A stretch of DNA of 64,000 nt. It comes from Patescibacteria group bacterium (lineage in GTDB: Bacteria; Patescibacteriota; Patescibacteriia; UM-FILTER-42-10). The notes under the pieces are model-generated. The model ran no database searches. It was not told the origin of the DNA and saw only the letters and a list, made by a program, of their open reading frames with translations. Location of the stretch: NCBI GenBank assembly GCA_018825385.1, contig JAHJEX010000006.1, positions 186 to 64,185 on the forward strand, in the 5' to 3' direction. Below are positions 10,571 through 20,075 of this stretch, piece by piece. The stretch's first letter is position 1. Each line of letters starts with the position of its first letter. A program made the translations under genes and the position numbers.

Positions 10571-12826
10571 ATGCAAAAACACAAAAAGAAATTAGTCATT
10601 TTCAGTACGGGGGTTTTTCTCTTAGTGTTAGTTGTTGTAGCGATCTTTAACATAACAAAGGTATCTGCGGATCAACCGCCTTGGGATGAAACAAATGTTT
10701 CCGGCTGGAACTGGTCGGGAATTGCAACCGAAAATAGTGCGCCAGGCGTTCCTGAATTCACTCACATCGGCTGGTTTAGCAATAACTGTTACAACTATTT
10801 TTCTACAGGCATGGAAAGCCGTTGTGGTGCTGACTTTGGAGTTAGAGTTGATCCCGTCACAGGCAACATTTCAGGTTATAGCTGGAATGGGATATTAGAT
10901 GACTCTGGTGCTGTAACAGGTGTTGGCTGGCTGGACTTTGACCCTCAACCTTTTCCTGGGCCACCATACTACGAAGCAAGAATTGAACCAGTTGGTTCAA
11001 CTTATGAAGGTCAAGTTTCAGGCTGGGCACGCATCAAATCAATAAAAGAACAGGGAGAATACCTAGGGTACGAAGATTGGGGATGGATTCTGTTAGGACC
11101 GGAGCCAGGTCCAAACCGCCAGTTCGGAGTAAATATAAACTCTACGACTGTGTCAGGATACGCATGGGCAGGCGGATATCTGGCTGGCGACCAATTACTT
11201 CCCGACCCTTATGAGAATGTTACTACCGGCTTGGGCTGGATCTCATTTGATACTGGCGATGCAAGTTATATTCTACCTGGTGAATTAGGTGAATTATCAG
11301 GTCATGCCTGGATGGGAAATTCTGATTCACTTGACCCGTCTTTTGACGCCAATATCGGCTGGGTTTCACTAAATTGTGGATCTGGTGGAACTACTGGGGA
11401 AGATATTTGTAAAGACACAAGTTACAAAGTACTTGTCAATAATTCAACGGGGGAAATATCTGGGTATGCTTGGATCGGAGAATCATCAGATGGTAATCCG
11501 ATTGGCTGGATAAATTTTGATCCTAATCCATATCCGGCAGGTCCAAACTATTCAGCAAAAGTTTTTTTAGAACAACAAACTGCAATCGACGATCCGTATG
11601 GTACCTATCAAAAGGGTGATGTAGTCGGATGGGCCCGACTAGTTTCATTAAAAAAAGAAGGAGCAAAGGGACATTTTGAAAATTGGGGCTGGGTAAAAAT
11701 GCATACAAGCGGTACTGAAGTTGAATACGGAGTATCCATGGATACTGATTCAGGGATTTTTGATGGATATGCTTGGTCAGGCGGGGGTACTGTATGTGTG
11801 GGCGCAGTATGTTATGATAACAGTGTGGGTTTAGGATGGATTTCCTTTCAGGACTATAGTGGTGTAAGTCAATTGCCACCGACCTACGTTGCACCGTTCC
11901 TAGAAACGGTGCAAGGGGACATTTATTCTAAAGTTGGGGTTGGATCTGGGGAAATATTCAGTCTTCCTACAAGCCCTTTGACTTCAGAGCTTTTCTATAA
12001 TTCGACCTTTTTAATACAGTCTGGTGGTGATATTGAACGCTATTCCAGTGAAAATGTTTCTGCTGATGATATTGAAGATTATTGGCGGAATTACCCCGAA
12101 TCTTTTGAACCTCCACTGGCTACTAACAAATATACAAATGTAATGGGCAAATTGGATGTTGACGGAATTACTTTTTCTGAGCAAGTATCCGCCGGTATTT
12201 TTGAAAATAAGTTTGGGACTATTGTTGAGGAATATTCAGGGGACACTTCAATAGAGGATTTATGGTTAGATGGTCTTTCTAAACTGCAGGGCAAGGTATA
12301 TTATATTCATGAGGGCGACCTCACCATAAATATACCAATGATAATTGATAATGGTAATGATGTTACTAATGATATTGCCTCAGGCACATTTATTGTTGAC
12401 GGCGACATGTTTATTGAAAAAGACATCACCTATGATTCACTCATTGTTGGAGAAAGTTATGTTGAGTTGGAAGATATTCCATCAGTTGTATGGATAGTAA
12501 AAGGAAATGTATATGTGAGTCCAAATGTGGCGGAAGTAGTGGGAAGTTTCGTAGTAGTTGGTAAAGAAAAAGACGGTGCATTAGAAGCTGGAACTGGTGA
12601 ATTTTATTCAGGAGCTGGAGATGTGAATTTAATAGTAAATGGATTGGTAGTCGCACATGAACTGTTCTTGCAAAGATCGGGAATTGGCACAGTCGAAAAT
12701 ATACAGGCCTCAGAGAGTATCTTCTATGATGGTAGGATAATCATTAATACACCGCCCGGGGTTGGAGATTTTGCAAAAGCACTACCTGTTGTCAGGGAAG
12801 TGGCGCCAATAGAGATTAGTCCATAA
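10571..12826 (+). CDS. large secreted protein with at least 8 copies of a novel G[YH]AW...GW[IL][SN]FD repeat and a C-terminal beta-rich domain
   Basis: N-terminal TM/signal. Repeats SGYSWNG...GVGWLDFDP, SGYAWAGG...GLGWISFDT, SGHAWMGN...IGWVSLNC, SGYAWIGE...IGWINFDP, DGYAWSGG...GLGWISFQD, interleaved with VSGWARI...WGW modules. Confidence 0.7.
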   Translation: MQKHKKKLVIFSTGVFLLVLVVVAIFNITKVSADQPPWDETNVSGWNWSGIATENSAPGVPEFTHIGWFSNNCYNYFSTGMESRCGADFGVRVDPVTGNISGYSWNGILDDSGAVTGVGWLDFDPQPFPGPPYYEARIEPVGSTYEGQVSGWARIKSIKEQGEYLGYEDWGWILLGPEPGPNRQFGVNINSTTVSGYAWAGGYLAGDQLLPDPYENVTTGLGWISFDTGDASYILPGELGELSGHAWMGNSDSLDPSFDANIGWVSLNCGSGGTTGEDICKDTSYKVLVNNSTGEISGYAWIGESSDGNPIGWINFDPNPYPAGPNYSAKVFLEQQTAIDDPYGTYQKGDVVGWARLVSLKKEGAKGHFENWGWVKMHTSGTEVEYGVSMDTDSGIFDGYAWSGGGTVCVGAVCYDNSVGLGWISFQDYSGVSQLPPTYVAPFLETVQGDIYSKVGVGSGEIFSLPTSPLTSELFYNSTFLIQSGGDIERYSSENVSADDIEDYWRNYPESFEPPLATNKYTNVMGKLDVDGITFSEQVSAGIFENKFGTIVEEYSGDTSIEDLWLDGLSKLQGKVYYIHEGDLTINIPMIIDNGNDVTNDIASGTFIVDGDMFIEKDITYDSLIVGESYVELEDIPSVVWIVKGNVYVSPNVAEVVGSFVVVGKEKDGALEAGTGEFYSGAGDVNLIVNGLVVAHELFLQRSGIGTVENIQASESIFYDGRIIINTPPGVGDFAKALPVVREVAPIEISP

Positions 12827-12953
12827 ATTTAGCACCCAGTATTCGGGTTAATAAATTAAGGAACATTTGCAAACTAATAAGTTATTCCTTAGACATAAAA
12901 TCAATTAGATTCTCACTCTAAACCCTAAATAAATAAAAACGAATAATAAACCT

Positions 12954-14063
12954 ATGGCACTATTTAGCTCAAAAAAAAGTTATATCGGAATTGATTTGGG
13001 AACATCCAGTATTAAGGTTGTTGAGTTAGAAAGCGAAAAGGGGAAACCGAAACTGATAACCTACGGTTTTGCTGAACAGTCGACAGATATTGTGAAAAGT
13101 GATTCTCAAGAAGTTCAAAAGGAAGTTGTGGCAACTTTAAAAGCAATAATGTCAAAGGCAAAAGTTACAACACCCAAAGCGATAGCAGCCTTGCCTAGTT
13201 TTGCGGTGTTCAGTTCAATTATTAGTTTGCCGGCTATGTCTAAAAAGGACTTAGTAGCTGCAGTCCGCTGGGAAGCAAAAAAGTTTGTTCCAATGCCCTT
13301 AGAGGAAATGATTCTAGACTGGAAAGTATTAGATGGTGGTAAGAGTGAGGAGAAAGATGGCAAGAAAGACAAAAAAAAGGAGAAAAAGGAGAACGCTATT
13401 CAACCCACAGGCGGATCAAAGAATTTCAAAGTACTGTTAACAGCTGCTCCCAAAACATTGGTCAAAAGGTATGTTGATATATTTAAGCAAGCAAACCTCC
13501 AATTGGTGAGTTTAGAAACTGAATCATTTGCCTTGGAGCGTTCGTTAATTGGGAATGATCGTTCAGCAACTATGATTGTAGATATTGGTGCTATTGCCTG
13601 CGATATTAGTGTTATTGTAGATGGCGTACCAATTCTGAATCGCAGTGTTGATATTGGGGGCAATACAATAACAAAGGCAATCGCAAATAGTCTTAATGTA
13701 AATCTAGAACGCGCAGAACAATTTAAGAGGGACTTTGGTATTTCTGGAGCTGGTGATTCATCGCAGGGACAAATTCCACGGACAATTGAATTTATTGTTA
13801 GTTCAATAGTCAATGAGATAAAATTTGTTCTCAACTTGTATCAGAATCAAGGAGAAAAACCTATTGAAAAAGTTGTACTAGCCGGTGGCTCTTCCTTTCT
13901 TCCTAATCTTACTAAATATTTAGAAAAAGTACTTAATATCAAAGTGTTTATCGGGGATCCCTGGGCACGCGTTGTGTATCCAATTGATTTGAAGCCAGTA
14001 TTGCAAGAACTAGGTCCTCGGTTTGCTGTTTCAATAGGGTTAGCAATGAGAGAAATAATTTAA
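12954..14063 (+). CDS. pilM: type IV pilus assembly ATPase-like protein PilM
   Basis: Actin-like fold start YIGIDLGTSSIKVVELE. PilM length and position ahead of pilN/pilO. Contains a Lys-rich internal insertion. Confidence 0.85.
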   Translation: MALFSSKKSYIGIDLGTSSIKVVELESEKGKPKLITYGFAEQSTDIVKSDSQEVQKEVVATLKAIMSKAKVTTPKAIAALPSFAVFSSIISLPAMSKKDLVAAVRWEAKKFVPMPLEEMILDWKVLDGGKSEEKDGKKDKKKEKKENAIQPTGGSKNFKVLLTAAPKTLVKRYVDIFKQANLQLVSLETESFALERSLIGNDRSATMIVDIGAIACDISVIVDGVPILNRSVDIGGNTITKAIANSLNVNLERAEQFKRDFGISGAGDSSQGQIPRTIEFIVSSIVNEIKFVLNLYQNQGEKPIEKVVLAGGSSFLPNLTKYLEKVLNIKVFIGDPWARVVYPIDLKPVLQELGPRFAVSIGLAMREII

Positions 14064-14072
14064 AATCATCTA

Positions 14073-15248
14073 ATGGATATAAATCTTCTAAAAGATAAAG
14101 AGGCGATAGGAGAAAAGTCAAGAAAAAAGACCGGAGGTGTTGGTATTGAGTTGACCCGACCGAATAAAGAAAAAGATGAAACAAAAAAACGCGTGAAAAA
14201 AGGTGGAATGTCCGAATTCTTTGCCAAGCTTTTTAAGAGAAAGAAAAAAGAGAGAATTCTATCACAGAAGGTCGTGAAAAAAGAAGAAAAAGTAAAGAAG
14301 ATAAGCCACGAAAAGATAAAAGAATCAAAAAAAATCCAGTCAGCTGGTGTATTGCAAGTTGAAATTGACAAAAAAACAAGTGCTGCAGAGAAATTAGTTA
14401 CTGATGAACCAAGTCCAACTAATGTGGAAAAGCGAGAGTTAAAAAGCATAGACAGAGATATCAGCGAAATGGAATCCAAACCTGAAATCCTAGAAAAAGA
14501 GGAAGATAAAAAACCCAGAAAAAAGTTCTTTACCTGGTCCTCTCCGGAAGATGATTCAAAAAACAAAAAAAATATTGTCGCTAATAAAAAGGAAGATACG
14601 AAAAATGGCATTGATAAAAAACTGACGAAAGTAATACCATTAGAAGAGAAAATACAATCACTGGATGTGAACCTTATTCCTGATGATGTTTTAGTTAAGC
14701 TTGAACCAAAATCAAAGCTTAGACAATTAGGGCTGGCGGTGATTATTATCGCTGTCCTAGTTGGTCTGATATATGGATATATGATGTATAGAGAATCAAA
14801 GATAGAAGGTGATATACAAGTAGTGGTGGTCGAAATCGAAAGCGTTGAACAGGAACTAAACAATCTAGGATATATCAGGGAAAGCGCATTGGTGTTAAAA
14901 AAGCAGATTGATTCTGTATCACAGTTGTTGAATGTTCACATTTACTGGTCGCAGTTTTTAGAATATCTTGAAAAATATACCTTGCCGGATGTTTATTACA
15001 AGAACTTAGCGGCAACAAAAGCAGGAATAGTAACATTATCAGCCTCAGCAGTAGATTTAGCGACTCTCGCTGATCAATACTTAATATTTCAAAATGCGTC
15101 TGATTTTGTAGAAAGTGTAACAATTGAAAGCGCGGTATCAGCACAGAATACTGAAGACAATGAAATAGGCTCAGGTGCAGTGGATTTCAATATCTCGTTA
15201 ACTATAAATCCTGACACTTTTTTCCTTAAAGATGATTTGCCGTTATGA
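14073..15248 (+). CDS. pilN: PilN-like bitopic pilus assembly protein with ~210-aa Lys/Glu-rich N-terminal extension
   Basis: Single TM helix (LGLAVIIIAVLVGLIYGYMMY) followed by a ~150-aa periplasmic domain. Position between pilM and pilO. The N-terminal half is low-complexity and K/E-rich. Confidence 0.6.
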   Translation: MDINLLKDKEAIGEKSRKKTGGVGIELTRPNKEKDETKKRVKKGGMSEFFAKLFKRKKKERILSQKVVKKEEKVKKISHEKIKESKKIQSAGVLQVEIDKKTSAAEKLVTDEPSPTNVEKRELKSIDRDISEMESKPEILEKEEDKKPRKKFFTWSSPEDDSKNKKNIVANKKEDTKNGIDKKLTKVIPLEEKIQSLDVNLIPDDVLVKLEPKSKLRQLGLAVIIIAVLVGLIYGYMMYRESKIEGDIQVVVVEIESVEQELNNLGYIRESALVLKKQIDSVSQLLNVHIYWSQFLEYLEKYTLPDVYYKNLAATKAGIVTLSASAVDLATLADQYLIFQNASDFVESVTIESAVSAQNTEDNEIGSGAVDFNISLTINPDTFFLKDDLPL

Positions 15249-15871
15249 GTTATTCATTTAAAAATAAAGTTTTTTCATTCATTGTAAAATACTTCAGATT
15301 TATTCTAGGGGCAGTTGTTATATTTCTTCTGGTTCTAAGTACTTACCTCATAATTTTGCCTAAATACAAGCAGATAGCTGATGAAGGATATCTAGACTAC
15401 GAACAGAAACAACAAACTCTCGAAGCGAAGAAAAATGAATTAAGAGAATTGCAGAAACTGCAGGAAGAACTTTCACAAATAACCACGGTTGAGATGGAGC
15501 GTTTAGAGAGGATATTACCTTCCTCTAAAGATATTCCGGATATCTTTTTACAAATGGAAAGTCTGGCGAGAGAAAGTGGACTGACAGTGAGTAGGGTAAG
15601 TATTGCAGAAACAAGTGGACGATCGAGTAATTCCAATTCTTCTGCTGCAAAAAATAGTGAAACAAATGTGAATCAGGCCGGTGGCATTCAGACGATTACC
15701 ATTTCACTGTCCGTAGAAGGAAATACTACTTATGATTCATTAAAAATACTGTTAGATAACATTGAAGACAATATGCGTATTGTTGATCTTGATTCACTTT
15801 CATATTCGCCACCAGAAACAGAAGGGGACAGCTCATTTTCAGTGAATCTTGCTACTTATTATCTGGAATAA
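15245..15871 (+). CDS. pilO: PilO-like pilus assembly protein
   Basis: N-terminal TM helix, then a coiled-coil (QKQQTLEAKKNELRELQKLQEEL), then a C-terminal domain. The 4-nt overlap with the upstream gene suggests translational coupling. Confidence 0.65.
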   Translation: MSYSFKNKVFSFIVKYFRFILGAVVIFLLVLSTYLIILPKYKQIADEGYLDYEQKQQTLEAKKNELRELQKLQEELSQITTVEMERLERILPSSKDIPDIFLQMESLARESGLTVSRVSIAETSGRSSNSNSSAAKNSETNVNQAGGIQTITISLSVEGNTTYDSLKILLDNIEDNMRIVDLDSLSYSPPETEGDSSFSVNLATYYLE

Positions 15872-15883
15872 TAATATTTATAT

Positions 15884-16753
15884 ATGCTAGTCCAAAAAAA
15901 ATCACAGAAAAGAAATATAATCCTTGGGGCAATCTTTGCTGTTTTGATTGTTGTAATGATATTTGTTTTAAATATGGGTCCCAGTGGTTCTGACGATGAC
16001 TTATTGAATGGCGTGTTGAATAATGAGAGTGTAGTAATATTACCGGCTGTTGTAGATATTGACAGTGCTTTTTTTGGAAAAAAGGATGTGGTTGGATTGC
16101 GTGATAGAAGTGGGCAACGCTATGTTGGACAATTTGCAAGTACTCCCACAGATTCCCAAATCACTCCAGCACCGGAAGGGGCATATATACTAAATATACA
16201 AGTCGGTGAAAAACTGATACTTTATTGGGATTTTAGTTCTAGATATGTTGCAGTTAAAATATATAGATCAGAAACGCAAGAGAAAAAAGGGGAATTGATT
16301 GCGGAAGTGTCCAATAGAAACTACTACCAGGATACTGGCATTGAAAATGGAGTTTACTACTATTACACGCTTATTGCAGTAGGGGCTAATGGTCAGGAAT
16401 CTGATGATTCTGTTAAAATGACCGGCAGTCCAACTGATATTTTTGCTCCACAAAGCCCAGTGGGATTAGCAGTTGCAGATTCAACGGATGGAAATCAAGT
16501 ACAAATTTCTTGGGTTGATCCTAAGGATAATGATTTTGCGTATGTTCGTATCTATCGCTCACAGATTGAAGGTAGTCTGGGAACTTTAATACTAGATAAA
16601 GCGGTTGAAAACAATACCTACGTGGACAAAAATGTTCTTGAAGATGTTGAATATTTTTATACTATTACATCGGTGGATACCTCAGGAAATGAATCTGAAA
16701 AATCGTTGTTACCTGTTGGTGGGAATAACAATCCGTTTCAACCATTATTTTAA
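15884..16753 (+). CDS. membrane-anchored protein with two fibronectin type III-like domains, pilus-associated by context
   Basis: N-terminal TM helix. Two FN3-like modules (LILYWDFSS...YYYYTLIAVGANGQES; VQISWVDP...YFYTITSVDTSGNES). Confidence 0.6.
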   Translation: MLVQKKSQKRNIILGAIFAVLIVVMIFVLNMGPSGSDDDLLNGVLNNESVVILPAVVDIDSAFFGKKDVVGLRDRSGQRYVGQFASTPTDSQITPAPEGAYILNIQVGEKLILYWDFSSRYVAVKIYRSETQEKKGELIAEVSNRNYYQDTGIENGVYYYYTLIAVGANGQESDDSVKMTGSPTDIFAPQSPVGLAVADSTDGNQVQISWVDPKDNDFAYVRIYRSQIEGSLGTLILDKAVENNTYVDKNVLEDVEYFYTITSVDTSGNESEKSLLPVGGNNNPFQPLF

Positions 16754-16770
16754 TTAGCAATAGATCATCA

Positions 16771-18537
16771 ATGGCAATCCCAAAACCAAACACAAATCAA
16801 AGCGAAGCAGTTGATCCTCTAGTAGAGGCCTTACTTGAAGGTAAATATATCAGCCAGACACAATACGCAGATGCACAAGAAAAGAGCAAAGCCTTGGCCG
16901 TATCTGTTCTTCAGGTTATCTCTGAGGAAAATATGGTTCCAGATGAAGAATTTGCTAAAGTAAAAAGCAAAGTATATGGAGTTCCTTTCATGGACCTATT
17001 TGGCAAGATGATTCGTTCAGATATTTTAAACATAATCTCACACGAACTCGCTCAAAACTACAAAATGGTTGCTTTCAATAAGGAAGCCAATGAGGTAAGT
17101 ATTGCTATGCTTCAGCCAAACGATTTTCATGCACTGGAAGCAGTAGAATTTTTAGCTAGGAAGAATCAATACAAAATAAAATATTATGTTACCTCGCAAG
17201 GAGCTTTTAACCATGTTCTTAAGCAATATGCAACGCTATCAGAAGAAGTGGAGCAAGCATTAAAAGGAACAGAAGCGGAAGCAAAAGCTGCTGAAGAAGG
17301 TATAGAATTAGCTGAAAAAGGACTGGAAGAGGTCATTAAAAAAGCACCAGTATCCAAAATGGTTTCAGTTATATTAAGGCATGCAGTTGAAGGAAGAGCA
17401 TCAGATGTCCATATCGAGCCGGTAGGAAATGAAACACGCGTACGTTATCGTATTGATGGTGTATTACATACGTCTTTGATTCTGCCAAAACATGTGCATC
17501 CATCTGTAGTGGCTCGTATTAAAGTGCTTTCTAATTTGAAAATTGATGAAACGAGAATACCTCAGGACGGTCGTTTTCGAATGAGCATTGATGGAAAGGA
17601 TATAGACTATCGTGTTTCAACGTTGCCACTTATTAATTATGAAAAAGTGGTAATGCGTATTCTAGACACAACTGAGGGAGGTAAGAAACTAGAAGATTTG
17701 GGTTTTGACGGTAGGAATGCAGAAGTGATGAGAGAAAATATCAAAAAAAGCCATGGAATGTTCTTGGTAACCGGTCCAACAGGTTCTGGTAAGTCAACAA
17801 CACTCTATTCTATTTTAACCGTTATGAATCAGGAAGGAGTGAATATAGTTACCTTGGAAGATCCGGTAGAATATTATTTAGCTGGAATTAATCAATCCCA
17901 AATCAATGCTGACGTTGGATTAACATTTGCTCGTGGTTTGAGGGCAATCTTGCGTCAGGATCCAGACGTAATCATGGTTGGAGAAATACGTGATAATGAA
18001 ACAGCAGAACTTGCAGTACACGCAAGTTTGACAGGCCACATAGTGCTTTCTACCCTACATACTAACGACGCGTTTGGTGCTATACCCAGATTAATTGACA
18101 TGAAGATTGAGCCCTTTCTAGTATCTTCATCTACAAATGTTATTATTGCCCAGAGACTTGTTCGGAGTATTTGTACTTATTGTAAGGCGGAAACGACAGT
18201 GCCAGAAGAATTAGAAAATGAAATATGGGTTGAATTAGAAAAGATTCCAAAGGCAGCGATTCCCGAAGACGTAAATGCCACCCGTCCTCTAAAGTTCTAC
18301 AAAGGAAAAGGATGTGCTCGTTGTGAGCATACTGGTTATAAGGGAAGACTGGCAATCTCAGAAGTATTAGAAATCAATGATGTGTTAGAAAAAATAATTA
18401 TGTCTGGAAGCAACACTGATGAAATAAAAGAAGAATTCAAAAAGCAAGGAATGATTTCACTTAAAGAAGATGGCATAATTAAAGCACTTCAGGGCAAAAC
18501 TACTATTCAGGAAGTCTGGAATGTTACAAGAGAATAA
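16771..18537 (+). CDS. pilB: type IV pilus assembly (extension) ATPase PilB / GspE family
   Basis: N-terminal GspII-like domain. Walker A GPTGSGKSTT. Walker B/Asp box DPDVIMVGEIRD. Tetracysteine motif CTYC...CARC. Confidence 0.9.
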   Translation: MAIPKPNTNQSEAVDPLVEALLEGKYISQTQYADAQEKSKALAVSVLQVISEENMVPDEEFAKVKSKVYGVPFMDLFGKMIRSDILNIISHELAQNYKMVAFNKEANEVSIAMLQPNDFHALEAVEFLARKNQYKIKYYVTSQGAFNHVLKQYATLSEEVEQALKGTEAEAKAAEEGIELAEKGLEEVIKKAPVSKMVSVILRHAVEGRASDVHIEPVGNETRVRYRIDGVLHTSLILPKHVHPSVVARIKVLSNLKIDETRIPQDGRFRMSIDGKDIDYRVSTLPLINYEKVVMRILDTTEGGKKLEDLGFDGRNAEVMRENIKKSHGMFLVTGPTGSGKSTTLYSILTVMNQEGVNIVTLEDPVEYYLAGINQSQINADVGLTFARGLRAILRQDPDVIMVGEIRDNETAELAVHASLTGHIVLSTLHTNDAFGAIPRLIDMKIEPFLVSSSTNVIIAQRLVRSICTYCKAETTVPEELENEIWVELEKIPKAAIPEDVNATRPLKFYKGKGCARCEHTGYKGRLAISEVLEINDVLEKIIMSGSNTDEIKEEFKKQGMISLKEDGIIKALQGKTTIQEVWNVTRE

Positions 18538-18569
18538 ATAATAAAACAATAGAATTAAAAGAAACAACT

Positions 18570-18965
18570 ATGCAAACAACTGGAGCTGAATTAAATAAAA
18601 AGAAGATAGTTCTTGTGGAGGATGATTCTTTTTTGGCAGGGATGTATGTGTCAAAGTTGAATTTAGAGGACTTTGAAGTAAAATTAGCGGAGAACGGAGA
18701 AGATGGTTTGAAACTGGCTACAGCAGAAATACCTGATTTGATTTTGCTGGATATTCTTTTGCCCAGAATGGATGGATTTGAGGTTTTAAAGAAGCTAAAG
18801 CAAAATCCATCAACTGCAGATATTCCAGTTATTTTGCTCACGAATTTAGGTCAAAAAAAGGATGTTGATCGAGGCTTGGCCTTGGGCGCGAAGGACTATC
18901 TTATTAAGGCGCACTTTATGCCTAATGAGGTTATTGCTAAAATAAAGAAAATTCTTAAAACCTAA
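18570..18965 (+). CDS. stand-alone response-regulator receiver (CheY-like) protein
   Basis: Acidic pocket VEDD. Phospho-acceptor Asp in ILLDILLP. T/K motifs ILLTNLGQ...DYLIKA. No output domain. Confidence 0.85.
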   Translation: MQTTGAELNKKKIVLVEDDSFLAGMYVSKLNLEDFEVKLAENGEDGLKLATAEIPDLILLDILLPRMDGFEVLKKLKQNPSTADIPVILLTNLGQKKDVDRGLALGAKDYLIKAHFMPNEVIAKIKKILKT

Positions 18966-18969
18966 ATTA

Positions 18970-20064
18970 TTGCAACAACCAGAATCGACTCTCAGGACGA
19001 ATGAGCAGATAGAGATAAATCGAATATTAACATCAGTGGCAGAGTATAATGCTTCTGATCTTCATCTTTCTGTTGGTAATGTTCCTACTGTCAGAATTGA
19101 CGGAGAACTAACTCCATTACGTGAAGAAAAGGTAATTACTCCAGATTTTTTGGAAAAACTAAAGCTTTTTCTTTTAGATGAAAAGCAAAGAGAAATACTT
19201 GAAACTGAAAGAGAGATAATCTTTTCATATAATTTTCAAAATCGTATTAGATTCAAAATTAATCTCTTTTATCAAGAAGGATATTTATCTGCTTCACTTC
19301 GACTTATAGCTTCAGATACCAAAACATTAGTTGAGCTTGGTCTTCCAAAAGCAGTTGAGCAGGTTACAAAACTTAACAAAGGTTTGGTAATAGTTTGCGG
19401 ACCGTTTGGTTCAGGACGCAGTTCTACTCTTGCTGCAATTTTGAACGAAATTAACGATAATAGGAATGAACATATTCTAACCATAGAGAAACCGATTGAA
19501 TATGTGTTTATGGACAACAAGAGTATAGTTGAACAAAGAGAAGTAGGAAGAGATACGCGTTCATTTGAAAGAGCTTTAAAGTCAGCTTTCCAGGAAGATA
19601 TAGATGTCATTCTAGTGGGGGATTTAAAGAACAAGGAAGTGATTAAAAGTGTCTTGGATCTTTCTGAGGGGGGGCGATTAGTATTTGGCGGGATGGATAC
19701 AGACTCTTCAATTAAAACTATTGAAAAACTAATAAACAGTTTTGATGCACAAGAACAACAACAAACAAGAGTTCAGCTTTCGGAGGTATTAGCAGGAATA
19801 ATTGTGCAAAGATTGTTGCCAAGAGTGGGTGGGGGCAGAATACTAGTGGCAGAAATACTTATTCCAACCCCTCCAGTGCGAGCTGTAATACGAGAAGGTA
19901 ATCTTCTTCAGCTAAACAATGTACTCCAGACTTCAAGAGAAGAAGGAATGATATCCCTAGACAGATCGCTGGCAGAATTGGTTAAGACTGGTGAAATATT
20001 ATTAGATAGTGCACTACAATATGCAGTTGATAAAAATAATTTACAAATGTTAGCACAACGCTAA
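18970..20064 (+). CDS. pilT: PilT-family retraction ATPase paralog with atypical Walker A (GSGRSS) and Walker B (VGDLKN)
   Basis: PilT N-terminus (ASDLHLSVGNVPTVRIDGE). P-loop GPFGSGRSSTL (Lys replaced by Arg). DVILVGDLKNKE (Glu replaced by Asp). TTG start. Confidence 0.8.
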   Translation: MQQPESTLRTNEQIEINRILTSVAEYNASDLHLSVGNVPTVRIDGELTPLREEKVITPDFLEKLKLFLLDEKQREILETEREIIFSYNFQNRIRFKINLFYQEGYLSASLRLIASDTKTLVELGLPKAVEQVTKLNKGLVIVCGPFGSGRSSTLAAILNEINDNRNEHILTIEKPIEYVFMDNKSIVEQREVGRDTRSFERALKSAFQEDIDVILVGDLKNKEVIKSVLDLSEGGRLVFGGMDTDSSIKTIEKLINSFDAQEQQQTRVQLSEVLAGIIVQRLLPRVGGGRILVAEILIPTPPVRAVIREGNLLQLNNVLQTSREEGMISLDRSLAELVKTGEILLDSALQYAVDKNNLQMLAQR

Positions 20065-20075
20065 ATAAATTTATT

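Noticed and set aside
14066-14863. 265-aa minus-strand ORF antisense to the pilN-like gene
   Set aside because: It is a low-complexity Ser/Phe-rich shadow ORF produced by the Lys/Glu-rich (AAR/GAR) coding sequence on the plus strand.
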